Source: a virus | Virus record (IMG/VR): IMGVR_UViG_3300020478_000003 | Span: 32,001 to 96,000 of that record | Length of the DNA stretch: 64,000 bases | Direction: 5' to 3' (one strand) | Shown here: positions 19,713 through 29,199 of the stretch, piece by piece | How the letters are laid out: the number at the start of each line of letters is the position of its first letter | How positions within the stretch are numbered: the first letter of the stretch is position 1 | The notes under the pieces: model-generated | Database searches by the model: none | Told to the model about the DNA's origin: nothing | The model's input: the letters and a program-made list of their open reading frames with translations, nothing else | Position numbers and translations under genes: made by a program

Positions 19713-19716
19713 TCTT

Positions 19717-20328
19717 GTGGGAATGTTTGACAATATGTCTAAGTCACCTATCATCCAAGATATGGTGGAAGAGGTTGTCGAAGTTATAGGTTTTCAAGCT
19801 AAATACCTTCCTCGCAAATACAGTACGGCTCTTGATCCTATCTTCGGAGAGGACCCATCGAGCAAATTTGATACTGTATGGACATTGCAGATTCTTATTG
19901 ATGAATATCAAGAATACGGAGATGTAGGAGATTTCTACGGTAAATTTGGTATAAGTGTAACCGATGAAATGAAGGTTACTTTCACTAAGAAATCTTTTGC
20001 CGAACAGACAGCCGCCACGGATGATGATACACCGATTGCTGGTGATTTGTTATACTTCACGGATGCGGAAGCATTATTTGAAGTTACTTTTGTAGGAAAT
20101 GATAGCACGTTTTATCCATCACCAGAAGGTCCTGCACACGTTTGGACATTAACTCTTAAACCTTGGGAATACGGTGGAGAAGATATTGATGTGGCTGATG
20201 CAGAAATAACCGCATTAGAAACAGAAATTGAAACGGCTGTAACTAATGAATTAGCAACTCCTGATTGGGATAGTATGGATGATGATATTCTTGATCTATC
20301 AGAAATGAATCCGTTTGGAAGTACATAA
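19717..20328 (+). CDS. gp14: Neck protein gp14
   Basis: 'YLPR.....DPIFGED..SKF', 'GDFYGKFG..V.DE', 'GDLLYF....LFEV.FV', ends NPFG; follows gp13. Confidence 0.9.
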   Translation: MGMFDNMSKSPIIQDMVEEVVEVIGFQAKYLPRKYSTALDPIFGEDPSSKFDTVWTLQILIDEYQEYGDVGDFYGKFGISVTDEMKVTFTKKSFAEQTAATDDDTPIAGDLLYFTDAEALFEVTFVGNDSTFYPSPEGPAHVWTLTLKPWEYGGEDIDVADAEITALETEIETAVTNELATPDWDSMDDDILDLSEMNPFGST

Positions 20329-20338
20329 GGAATAAATT

Positions 20339-21031
20339 ATGTTAGGTACAACTTTTTATCACGGAACAACAAAAAAATTAATCATCGCCTTTGGATCAGT
20401 ATTTAATAATATTCACGTTCAACGGAAGGAGTCTGACGGTACACTTATAAAAGATATTCAAGTACCGCTTGCTTATGAATCCAGAAAGAAATATCTTGCA
20501 CGATTGATTCAAGACGCCAAAAAGAACAAACAAGTTCCTCGTATGGGTTTTATCTTAACGGGATTACAGGCTGACTATTCACGGGCTGGGAATCAAATGA
20601 ATCAGTATAAATTTACTTCGGCAGTACCCAATATGGGAACTGTTATGTATGCTCCCATTCCGTACAATTACACTTTTGCTCTTGATATTTACGTGGATTA
20701 TATGGATGATGGACTTCAAATCATTGAACAGATTTTACCTTATTTTCAGCCCGATTTTAATATAGTAATCGAAGAGGTTCCTGAATTAGAGTTAAAAAGA
20801 GATATTCCCATTGAGTTGACTGGAATAAATATGGTAGATGAATTTGAGGGAGATTTTGCAGAACAAAGAATTGTCAACTGGCAACTAGACTTTGAAATTA
20901 AAGGCTGGCTTTATCCACCAATACGAGAACAAGGAGTGGTCAAAACTGTTACCACAAAATATTCTACTCCTGATATTATAGGAGATGACAAACAGCCAGA
21001 AGAAAAAGACTGGTTTGTGTTAAACGAGTAG
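20339..21031 (+). CDS. gp15: Tail sheath stabiliser/completion protein gp15
   Basis: 'FYH...KKLIIAFGSVFNNI', 'VPLAY', 'DDGLQIIEQILPYFQP'. Confidence 0.93.
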   Translation: MLGTTFYHGTTKKLIIAFGSVFNNIHVQRKESDGTLIKDIQVPLAYESRKKYLARLIQDAKKNKQVPRMGFILTGLQADYSRAGNQMNQYKFTSAVPNMGTVMYAPIPYNYTFALDIYVDYMDDGLQIIEQILPYFQPDFNIVIEEVPELELKRDIPIELTGINMVDEFEGDFAEQRIVNWQLDFEIKGWLYPPIREQGVVKTVTTKYSTPDIIGDDKQPEEKDWFVLNE

Positions 21032-21037
21032 AGTTAA

Positions 21038-21271
21038 ATGATTGATGTTAACAGATTTATCCTGTTACTGAAACAGACAAAGATTGTACCGGCTCCAGAG
21101 ATAAACAAGGTAAAGACTGTACTTAAAAAACTTGAAAGAGGACAAAAATTGAATATTAAACAGATGGAAATTTTTCAAGATATAGCAACAAAAGCATCGG
21201 TAGATCCGATGACAAATAATCTGGCGATATTGTCTTTAACTAAGCAGGTCTTGAAAAGACAAATGAAATGA
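21038..21271 (+). CDS. Hypothetical basic protein
   Basis: 77-aa ORF packed between gp15 and gp16. Confidence 0.55.
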   Translation: MIDVNRFILLLKQTKIVPAPEINKVKTVLKKLERGQKLNIKQMEIFQDIATKASVDPMTNNLAILSLTKQVLKRQMK

Positions 21272-21489
21272 TTACTTTTAAAAAATACAATGAAATTGTT
21301 AATGGTATTGCGAAAAAGCTAAAAACCTCAAAAGATAGTGCGGTTAATGCTCTTGTAAAAGCACAGGAAAAAGGAATGAATCCTTTGAAATGGCAGAAGC
21401 ATTTGGCTATGTTGCAAACGTTTGTTCAAATAGTAGCACATTATGATGGAGATTATGAAAAAACCAAGAACAACGCAAAAAAGCATTAA
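21268..21489 (+). CDS. Hypothetical protein, possible internal head protein
   Basis: 73 aa, ATGA overlap with the previous ORF; N-terminus MITFKKYNE resembles a T4 capsid-targeting sequence. Confidence 0.5.
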   Translation: MITFKKYNEIVNGIAKKLKTSKDSAVNALVKAQEKGMNPLKWQKHLAMLQTFVQIVAHYDGDYEKTKNNAKKH

Positions 21490-21973
21490 AGATAAGCTAG
21501 ACGCGGAATTAGCGGTAGCCGAAGACATTATTGGAGATTTTGAAAATGGTGAAATTTTCCCTCCAGTTGAAGAAAAACGAATTGTAAACACACGCCGAGA
21601 ACGTGGGTTAGCACCACGTACGGCAATACAATCAAATCCGGATTCGGGAGACCTTAACAATGATTATCAATATGCTAGAGAGAATCTATATAATCTTATA
21701 GAAAGAGGAAATGATGCTCTTGAAGGTATTCTTGAACTTGCAAAAGAAATGGAACATCCTAGAGCATATGAGGTAGCTAGCGGATTAATCAAAAATGTAT
21801 CTGAAACAACAATGGAATTGTTGAAGATGCAGAAAGAATTAAAATCACTAAAAGAGGGTGAAGCCCCAAAAACAAACGTTAATAACCTTTATGTAGGCAG
21901 TACCGCCGAACTGCAAGAAATGCTAAAAGGAAAAACATTAGGTAATGGTGGACGTGATGATAAAGAAAGCTAA
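21443..21973 (+). CDS. gp16: Terminase small subunit gp16
   Basis: 'DYQYARENLYNLIERG..ALEGILELA.E.EHPRAYEVA..LIK', 'NNLYVGSTAELQ'. Confidence 0.9.
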   Translation: MMEIMKKPRTTQKSIKDKLDAELAVAEDIIGDFENGEIFPPVEEKRIVNTRRERGLAPRTAIQSNPDSGDLNNDYQYARENLYNLIERGNDALEGILELAKEMEHPRAYEVASGLIKNVSETTMELLKMQKELKSLKEGEAPKTNVNNLYVGSTAELQEMLKGKTLGNGGRDDKES

Positions 21974-22124
21974 AGAATGGGCACTCGACAAAATGTTCAA
22001 TGTCTTTGGAAAAGACAAGTCAGGAGATAAACTATACGAAACTCGATGGGTATGGTATCATACAGTCCTCGTAGTAGAACTTTTCATAATAATCATCCTT
22101 TTATTATACATAGCAATTCGATAG
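21945..22124 (+). CDS. Small membrane protein (not in the ORF track)
   Basis: Translated by hand: MVDVMIKKAKEWALDKMFNVFGKDKSGDKLYETRWVWYHTVLVVELFIIIILLLYIAIR; C-terminal TM helix; fills the gap. Confidence 0.55.
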   Translation: MVDVMIKKAKEWALDKMFNVFGKDKSGDKLYETRWVWYHTVLVVELFIIIILLLYIAIR

Positions 22125-22141
22125 TCTTGCTATAAGAAATT

Positions 22142-22390
22142 ATGGCAAATATCGTAATTAAGAAATGGACAGTTGCTTCCGTACAGGTAGTATATCATAT
22201 TCCAGATTATATACATATTATTAATGAATTTGTATGGCAGACTGAAGATCAAATACCAGAGTTTCCAAGAATTACCCAGTTTCTTGACTATTGGGATAAG
22301 AACATTGATGGACCAATAAAAGAAGCATATATCTATGACCACGGTTCATCTCAAGTTAGACACGTGGACAGAAGATTTAAAATCAACTAG
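22142..22390 (+). CDS. Usg-family protein
   Basis: 'VVYHIPDY.HII.EFVWQTEDQIPEFPRI.QFLDYW..NIDGPI' matches the Usg pattern Y..PD....L..FVWQ.YD.AP.FP.L..FL.FW...I.GP. Confidence 0.65.
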   Translation: MANIVIKKWTVASVQVVYHIPDYIHIINEFVWQTEDQIPEFPRITQFLDYWDKNIDGPIKEAYIYDHGSSQVRHVDRRFKIN

Positions 22391-22398
22391 TTTATATT

Positions 22399-23973
22399 AT
22401 GACAAAAATTGCCTACCTAGGAAATCCCCTACTAAAAAGAATCAATGTTCCTCAGAATTATACTCAAGAAGAAATAGCCGAGTATATAAAATGCAGGGAC
22501 GATCCAATTTATTTCATTAAAGAATATATCTACATTGTCAACGTAGATAAAGGATTAATGAAATTTGATTTATATCCGTTTCAGGAAGAATTAATCAATG
22601 GTCTAGTTGATAACAGATTTAGTATAGTCAAATGTCCAAGACAGTCTGGAAAATCTCAGACAAGTCTTGCGTTTATGCTACATTATGTTTTATTTAACGA
22701 CCAGAGAAACGTAGCAATTTTAGCTAATAAAGGGATGACTGCAAGAGAATTGTTGGGTCGTCTTCAAATGGCTTATGAAAAACTTCCTATGTTCTTGCAA
22801 CAAGGTGTATTGGAATGGAACAAAGGTTCTATTCATTTAGAAAACGGATCTAGAATTCTTGCATCTTCTACATCGGCAAGTACCATTCGAGGTTATGCTT
22901 TTAATCTGATTTTTCTAGATGAGTTTGCATTTATTCCACAAAATCTAGCAGAAGATTTTTTCAATTCTGTTTATCCTACCATATCATCTGGAGAAACTTC
23001 CCAAGTTATTATTGTTTCTACACCGAATGGTATGAATCATTTTTATAAGATGTGGCAGAATGCAATAGATGAAAGATCGGAATATAAAGCATTTGAAATC
23101 AATTGGTGGGATGTTCCTGGACGAGATGAAGCGTGGAAGAAACAAACAATTGCAAATACGAGTGAGGAGCAATTCAAACAGGAATTTGAAACTGAATTCC
23201 TAGGTAGTGCTGGTACTCTAATTGCTCCTGCAAAAATTTCTTCACTAGCGGTTAAAAATCCTCTTTCACGAAAAGATGGTCTGGACGTTTATGAAGAAAC
23301 AATACTAAATAACAGATATTTTATAGCCGTAGATGTAGCAGAAGGACGTGGACAAGATTACTCAGCCTTTAGTGTAATTGATATTACAGAAATGCCGTGG
23401 AAACAGGTAGCAAAATATCATTCAAATACAATATCTCCTCTGCTCCTTCCCACTATCATCCACCAAGTCGCATCCGCATATAATAATGCTACAGTTTTAA
23501 TTGAATCGAATGGTCCCGGAGCAGAAGTTTGTAATATTCTTCATTACGACCTGGAATATGAACACTCTATTAATGAATCCGGGGTTCAATCAAAATTAGG
23601 AATCAAAATGACTAAGCGAGTTAAAGCGGTTGGTTGTTCTAATTTTAAAGACCTTATAGAAAATGATAAATTAATTATTAATGATTTGGAGACAATATCA
23701 GAAATATCTCAATTTGTTGAACGTGGTAAAAGCTGGAAAGCAGAAGATGGTGGAAATGATGATTTGGTTATGGCTCTTGTATTATTCTCGTGGTTTTCAT
23801 CTCAAGATTTGTTTAAGGAATTGAATAACGTAGACTTGAGGACTAAATTATATGATGAACAAATGCAACAATACGAAGATGAATTGACTCCATTCGGATT
23901 TATCGATGATGGTCAAATGGAAGAAGATAAGTATACGGTTGAAGGTGGAGAAGTCTGGCAGATTTATAATTAG
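22399..23973 (+). CDS. gp17: Terminase large subunit gp17
   Basis: Walker A PRQSGKS, Walker B IFLDEFAF, STPNG, nuclease motifs DVAEGRGQDYS and DDLVMAL. Confidence 0.97.
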   Translation: MTKIAYLGNPLLKRINVPQNYTQEEIAEYIKCRDDPIYFIKEYIYIVNVDKGLMKFDLYPFQEELINGLVDNRFSIVKCPRQSGKSQTSLAFMLHYVLFNDQRNVAILANKGMTARELLGRLQMAYEKLPMFLQQGVLEWNKGSIHLENGSRILASSTSASTIRGYAFNLIFLDEFAFIPQNLAEDFFNSVYPTISSGETSQVIIVSTPNGMNHFYKMWQNAIDERSEYKAFEINWWDVPGRDEAWKKQTIANTSEEQFKQEFETEFLGSAGTLIAPAKISSLAVKNPLSRKDGLDVYEETILNNRYFIAVDVAEGRGQDYSAFSVIDITEMPWKQVAKYHSNTISPLLLPTIIHQVASAYNNATVLIESNGPGAEVCNILHYDLEYEHSINESGVQSKLGIKMTKRVKAVGCSNFKDLIENDKLIINDLETISEISQFVERGKSWKAEDGGNDDLVMALVLFSWFSSQDLFKELNNVDLRTKLYDEQMQQYEDELTPFGFIDDGQMEEDKYTVEGGEVWQIYN

Positions 23974-23992
23974 GTGATGAAATTTATAAAAT

Positions 23993-24000
23993 TATAAATA
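23993..24000 (+). promoter_or_regulatory. T4-type late promoter
   Basis: TATAAATA 130 nt upstream of gp18. Confidence 0.75.
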
Positions 24001-24130
24001 GTTACAATGGTAGAAGGAGATAGTCTTTTCCCTCGGACCTCATCGGAATTATCGCATAATAACTCAATAACGGTAGAACGATAGGGGTAAACCATAATTT
24101 GAACATCTATTTTAATATAGGAGAAAAACG

Positions 24131-25843
24131 ATGGGATTTCAATTAAGCCCAGGCGTACAAACGAAAGAAATTGATCTTAGTACGTCTATTCCCGCGGTTG
24201 CTACTTCCTTAGGAGGTACAGTCGGTCGTTTTACTTGGGGACCTGCATTTGAGCCTTATCTATGCACCTCAGAAGCCGACCTGCTTGCTGTCTTCGGAAA
24301 ACCAACCAACGACACATTTCCAGCGTTTCTTTCTTCTGCCGCGTTCTTGAAGTACACAAACAGTCTTCAAGTAGTAAGAGTTGTTGATTCGGGAGCGATG
24401 AATGCCGCGCCTTCTGGAAACGTAACTCAAATAACCGGTGAAGAAGATTTTGAAACACAACTGGACTCCGGTACTTTGACTGAAGGCTTTTATGCTCGAT
24501 ATCCTGGTACATACGGAAATGGCATTAGTGTACATACACACGATGGTTCCGCATCTTGGAGCTCCTGGCAGTATGCCGGTGCATTTGATGTGCAACCAGA
24601 TACTGGAAACAACGAAATGGCAGTTGTCGTTGTCGTTGATTCAGAAGTTGTAGAAAGTTATCTTGTAGGTTTAGCACAGGGCGACAAAAATAGCGATGGT
24701 GGAAACATCTGGGGTATGGATGTTATTAATCCTCAGTCCAAATTGATTTGGATTGTAACCGCAAACGTTACAAATTCAGGAGCCGGAAGTCACACTTTTA
24801 GTGGTGGATTAGCAGTATCGGCTCAAGTCGATGCACATTGCGATGACGGATCAAACGATGATCAATCAACTTGCGAAGGTAACGGCAATACTTGGGTCCC
24901 ACAAGTGGATGCAGGTACTGTTGGAGCAAATGAGTATATGCAAGGTTGGGATAAACTAGCAAATGCTGATGAAGTTAATATTTCACTAGCAATTGCAGGT
25001 GGACTTTCTAACGAGAATTCTGCTCAAGTTGCAACCGTTTCTAAGTACATCATTGAGACAGTAGCAGAAGGTCGTAAAGACTGTATGGCTATTGTATCAC
25101 CTCCAAAAGAAGAAGTTGTTAATGTTGGTGGAGCCACTAACGCAGTTAACAATGTAATTGCTTGGAGAACGGATGTTGCATTTAATAGTGCTTCATCTTA
25201 CGGTACTCTTGATGGAAACTACAAATACGTTTATGATGTCTACAATGACACATACCGCTGGATTGGATTCAGTGGAGATGTTGCAGGATTAATGGCTCAT
25301 ACTGATTCGGTAAGAGATGCTTGGTGGAGTCCAGGTGGTCTTAATCGTGGTCAGATTAAAGGAGTTGTAAAACTTGCTTATCAACCGACTCTAGCACATA
25401 GAGATCAATTGTATATGCTTCCTAACGGAATCAATCCGATTGTAACTTTCCCAGGTCAAGGCACAGTCCTCTGGGGAGATAGAACTCTGCTAGTTAAACC
25501 TAGTGCTTTCGATAGAATCAATGTTCGCAGATTGTTCATAATTCTAGAAAAAGCAATAGCAATATCCGCAAAATACTTCTTGTTTGAATTCAATAACGAA
25601 TTCACTCGTAAGAATTTCTTGAATATGGTTAACCCATATCTCGCAGGAATTAAAGCGAGACAAGGAATGTATGATTTTTATGTTCAATGCGACGGAGATA
25701 ATAACACACCTGAAGTCATTGATGCAAATCAGTTCGTTGCGAGTATTTTTCTTAAACCTTCCAAATCAATCAACTTTATCACGCTTAACTTTGTTGCGAC
25801 AAAGACTGGCGTTGATTTTGCTGAAGTGATTGGACAAGTATAG
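24131..25843 (+). CDS. gp18: Tail sheath protein gp18
   Basis: 'SPGVQTKEIDL', 'ARYPG..GN', 'WWSPGG.NRGQI', 'SAFDRINVRRLF', 'SINFITLNFVA'. Confidence 0.97.
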   Translation: MGFQLSPGVQTKEIDLSTSIPAVATSLGGTVGRFTWGPAFEPYLCTSEADLLAVFGKPTNDTFPAFLSSAAFLKYTNSLQVVRVVDSGAMNAAPSGNVTQITGEEDFETQLDSGTLTEGFYARYPGTYGNGISVHTHDGSASWSSWQYAGAFDVQPDTGNNEMAVVVVVDSEVVESYLVGLAQGDKNSDGGNIWGMDVINPQSKLIWIVTANVTNSGAGSHTFSGGLAVSAQVDAHCDDGSNDDQSTCEGNGNTWVPQVDAGTVGANEYMQGWDKLANADEVNISLAIAGGLSNENSAQVATVSKYIIETVAEGRKDCMAIVSPPKEEVVNVGGATNAVNNVIAWRTDVAFNSASSYGTLDGNYKYVYDVYNDTYRWIGFSGDVAGLMAHTDSVRDAWWSPGGLNRGQIKGVVKLAYQPTLAHRDQLYMLPNGINPIVTFPGQGTVLWGDRTLLVKPSAFDRINVRRLFIILEKAIAISAKYFLFEFNNEFTRKNFLNMVNPYLAGIKARQGMYDFYVQCDGDNNTPEVIDANQFVASIFLKPSKSINFITLNFVATKTGVDFAEVIGQV

Positions 25844-25851
25844 GAGGAAAA

Positions 25852-26370
25852 ATGAACGTTGCAGATTTTGGAAAACAATATTCGGGTGACTACGCACGTC
25901 CTAATTTATTTAAGGTAAATATTGCCCAAATAGATTCAGAAATGTGGATTAAAACTGCTTCACTTCCAGCAACTACTGTTGGAGTAGTAGAAGTTCCTTA
26001 CCAGAACCGCAAATTAAAGGTTCCTGGTGACAGAACATTCGCAGATTGGACAGCCACAGTAATTAACGATGAATCATATGTCGTTAGGAGTGCATTGTTA
26101 TCTTGGCAAGAAGCCATAACCGGATTCACCAGTATGGCATCTACAATGGGAGTTTCGACTGCCCATAGAAAGATAGAAATTCAACCTCTCAAACGAGATG
26201 GTTCCAATGATACACATATAGTAAATGTGTATGGCTGGCCGTCTGAGATAGGTGCGATTGATCTTTCTTGGGAGACTGTTGATGCTGTCCAGGAATATAC
26301 TGTTACATTTACAGTATCTTGGGATGACGGTGGTGTTGACTCGGAAAAAGTAGACGTTTTAGCGGCATAA
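25852..26370 (+). CDS. gp19: Tail tube protein gp19
   Basis: 'ARPNLF.V', 'LP..T.G..EVPY.NR..K.PGDRTF.DWT.TV.ND', 'WPSEIG.IDLSW'. Confidence 0.95.
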   Translation: MNVADFGKQYSGDYARPNLFKVNIAQIDSEMWIKTASLPATTVGVVEVPYQNRKLKVPGDRTFADWTATVINDESYVVRSALLSWQEAITGFTSMASTMGVSTAHRKIEIQPLKRDGSNDTHIVNVYGWPSEIGAIDLSWETVDAVQEYTVTFTVSWDDGGVDSEKVDVLAA

Positions 26371-26431
26371 TACGCTTAAAACAATTTTCCGAACATACGG
26401 TCTTGGTAATAAAAATTTGTTATTTGAGTCG

Positions 26432-26439
26432 TATAAATA
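26432..26439 (+). promoter_or_regulatory. T4-type late promoter
   Basis: TATAAATA upstream of gp20. Confidence 0.75.
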
Positions 26440-26475
26440 TAGTAATACTTACTTAAATTAACAAACAATGGTGAT

Positions 26476-27999
26476 ATGGAACTATTTGGTTATAAGATAG
26501 AGAAGAAAATCGGCTCATCTGTGGTAGATAAAGGATCAAAATCTTTTGTCGCACCAAACCTAGACGATGGTTCCACAGTTATTGACGGAGGAGGAGTACA
26601 CGCCTTCTCCGTTAATTTCGATACCGCATTTAAAACACAGCAAGAATTAATTGCTAAATATCGGGCTTGTGCGAGAAATCCAGAAGCTGAATCGGCAATT
26701 GATGACATAGTTAATGAAGCTGTGGTTCTGGATCCTTATAAGGACCCAGTTACAATCTATCTTGATAAACTGGACACAGTTGATGTGCCTAAGAATATCA
26801 AAGATATGATTGCAACCGAATTTGATGTTATTTCCAAGAAATTGGAGTTTAATAAGTCTGGACCAGAAATATTCAGACGGTGGTATGAAGATGGAGCAAT
26901 CCATTATCATATAATCTTTGATAACGATAATGTCAAAAAAGGTATTAAGGAGTTAAGATACATTGATTCCACTAATATCAAAAAGATCAAAGAAGTTATC
27001 AAAGAAAAAGACAAAGATGGAATTGAGGTAGTTAAAGGAGTTGATGAGTATTGGATCTACACTAAAGAAAGTAGAGGAATAACTCAGACACTAAAAGTTG
27101 CCCTAGAAGCGGTCGCCTATTGCGACTCTGGTCTTTATGACAAAGATAAGGAAGTTACTCTTTCTTACCTTCACAAGGCAATGAAGCCGATTAACCAATT
27201 GAGAATGTTAGAAGACTCAATGGTTATTTATCGGATTACTAGAGCACCAGAAAGAAGGGTGTTCTACATTGATGTTGGTAATTTACCAAAAACAAAAGCG
27301 GAACAGTACCTCCGTAACATTATGAACAAGTTTAAGAATAAGATGGTTTATGATGCGAGTAGTGGTACTGTAGCTGATGGTAAAGATACAATGTCAATGA
27401 TGGAAGATTTTTGGCTACCTAGAAAAGAGGGTGGTCGAGGAACTGAAGTCGAAACATTACCAGGAGGACAAAATCTTGGTGATATGGATGATGTAGCTTA
27501 TTTTCAGAAAAAGGTATATCAATCACTTCACGTTCCGTCAAGTCGGATGGAAACTGAACAATCTTGGAGTTTCTCTAGAACAGGTGAAATAACAAGAGAT
27601 GAAATAAAGTTTCAGAAATATGTAACAAAGTTACGTAAACGTTTCTCCGATTTACTGTATTCATTATTAAGGACTCAGCTTTTAGCGAAAGGTATTATCG
27701 ATAAAGGCGAGTGGAATGTCTATCAAGAGAATATTAATTTCATATTTCAAGATGATGGATATTTCTCAGAATTGAAAAAATTAGAGATAATGACCTCGAG
27801 GATTGAAATGCTTGATACTATATCAAGTGGAGAAATGATAGGTCGTTATTATTCAATTGAATGGGTTCGAAAAAATATTTTAATGCAATCTGAAGAAGAT
27901 ATGGATGTATTAGATAAACAAATGGAAGCAGAGAAAAAAGAAAAACAAGCTAAAAACACCGGCGGCGACGGCGATGACAAAGCACCCGATCTATATTAG
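26476..27999 (+). CDS. gp20: Portal protein gp20
   Basis: 'SYLHKA.KP.NQLRMLED..VIYRITRAPERRVFYIDVGNLPK.KAEQYL', 'EDFWLPR.EGGRGTE'. Confidence 0.97.
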   Translation: MELFGYKIEKKIGSSVVDKGSKSFVAPNLDDGSTVIDGGGVHAFSVNFDTAFKTQQELIAKYRACARNPEAESAIDDIVNEAVVLDPYKDPVTIYLDKLDTVDVPKNIKDMIATEFDVISKKLEFNKSGPEIFRRWYEDGAIHYHIIFDNDNVKKGIKELRYIDSTNIKKIKEVIKEKDKDGIEVVKGVDEYWIYTKESRGITQTLKVALEAVAYCDSGLYDKDKEVTLSYLHKAMKPINQLRMLEDSMVIYRITRAPERRVFYIDVGNLPKTKAEQYLRNIMNKFKNKMVYDASSGTVADGKDTMSMMEDFWLPRKEGGRGTEVETLPGGQNLGDMDDVAYFQKKVYQSLHVPSSRMETEQSWSFSRTGEITRDEIKFQKYVTKLRKRFSDLLYSLLRTQLLAKGIIDKGEWNVYQENINFIFQDDGYFSELKKLEIMTSRIEMLDTISSGEMIGRYYSIEWVRKNILMQSEEDMDVLDKQMEAEKKEKQAKNTGGDGDDKAPDLY

Positions 28000-28011
28000 G
28001 AGATAAATATT

Positions 28012-28614
28012 ATGCCTACTGAGAATTTAGAAAAACTTGTGCAAGCCGCACGAGATAAAAAACCCACCGCATTTAAACAACATTTACACGCTGAAATTGG
28101 AACTAGAGCAGAAAAAGGTATCGCAGAAATAAGAGCCGATCTTGCTAAAAATATGTTCGTAAGCAAACCAGAAGAAATTCAGGAACATCATTGTAATGAA
28201 GAAGGCGAAGAAGGAGTAGAACATACACACGATGATGGAACTACTCACACTCACGAAGGTGGTGATAAACCTCATACTCACGATGAAGAAGTAGAAGAAG
28301 GTAAACTACCACCCGCACTCCAAAAAGCTATAGATGCAAAGAAGAAAAATAACTCAAAATCTGATGATGTTGACAAAACTCCTGCTAAAGAATCATACGA
28401 TGATGAAGAAGATGAGGACGAAGATCCTGTAGGAGAAGACACGGATAAGAGTGAGCCTGGGACACAAGGTGATGATAAAGAATATGCAAAGAAACGTGAT
28501 GCTGTTCTAAAGAAGTTTGGTGTAACCAGTTGTGCTATGATTAAAGATGAAGCGGAAAAGAAAGCCTGTTTTAAAGCACTAGATGATGCTCACGTTGCAG
28601 ATCACGAGGAGTAA
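28012..28614 (+). CDS. Prohead core protein (gp67-like position), acidic with a His-rich insert
   Basis: Between the portal and gp21; highly acidic; HTH repeats; several x-E-E-G/A motifs resembling gp21 cleavage sites. Confidence 0.55.
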   Translation: MPTENLEKLVQAARDKKPTAFKQHLHAEIGTRAEKGIAEIRADLAKNMFVSKPEEIQEHHCNEEGEEGVEHTHDDGTTHTHEGGDKPHTHDEEVEEGKLPPALQKAIDAKKKNNSKSDDVDKTPAKESYDDEEDEDEDPVGEDTDKSEPGTQGDDKEYAKKRDAVLKKFGVTSCAMIKDEAEKKACFKALDDAHVADHEE

Positions 28615-28616
28615 AA

Positions 28617-29192
28617 ATGAGTCTGATTAAATTCGGAGATTATCTAGACGAACTATTAAATGCTCCTATTATTGAAACATTAGGAGAAGATGAAGTAATT
28701 GTCGAGTGGGCAGAAGAAGATTGGAATAAATTTACTGTTGCCGAAAAACTTGAACTGGAGACTGAAGCTAATGGTTGGTCAATGTGGCAAATTGGATCTA
28801 TTGAAGATCCAGGCAAATCGGGGATGTACATTGTTGCAGAAGATGAGCATATCTGGGAATATATTCATCAATTAGAAGAAGCAACCTGTGATGCGTGTGG
28901 AGAAGATCCGTGTATATGTAATAAAACTGAAGCAGATATAAATGCGGAAGAATGGCTTAAGGAATACAAAGCTAGAACTACTCAACAACGCAGACAAACG
29001 CAGAAAAATAAAGATCGGTTAAAATTTCAAAATCGTAGTCAGAAATTAAAAGATAAAATTGAGCGTAAAAAAGGCGGCAATAAAGTCAAACGTATGAAAT
29101 TAAGAAAAAAGTGGTTGAAAGTTAACCGTGCTAAAATCGCTAATGCTCAAAAAGTATATGGCGGGAAAGTCAAATCGAAATATACAAAATAG
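28617..29192 (+). CDS. Prohead core protein (gp68-like position)
   Basis: Acidic N-half and very basic C-half, directly upstream of gp21; CDACGEDPCIC insert. Confidence 0.55.
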   Translation: MSLIKFGDYLDELLNAPIIETLGEDEVIVEWAEEDWNKFTVAEKLELETEANGWSMWQIGSIEDPGKSGMYIVAEDEHIWEYIHQLEEATCDACGEDPCICNKTEADINAEEWLKEYKARTTQQRRQTQKNKDRLKFQNRSQKLKDKIERKKGGNKVKRMKLRKKWLKVNRAKIANAQKVYGGKVKSKYTK

Positions 29193-29199
29193 GAGTTAA

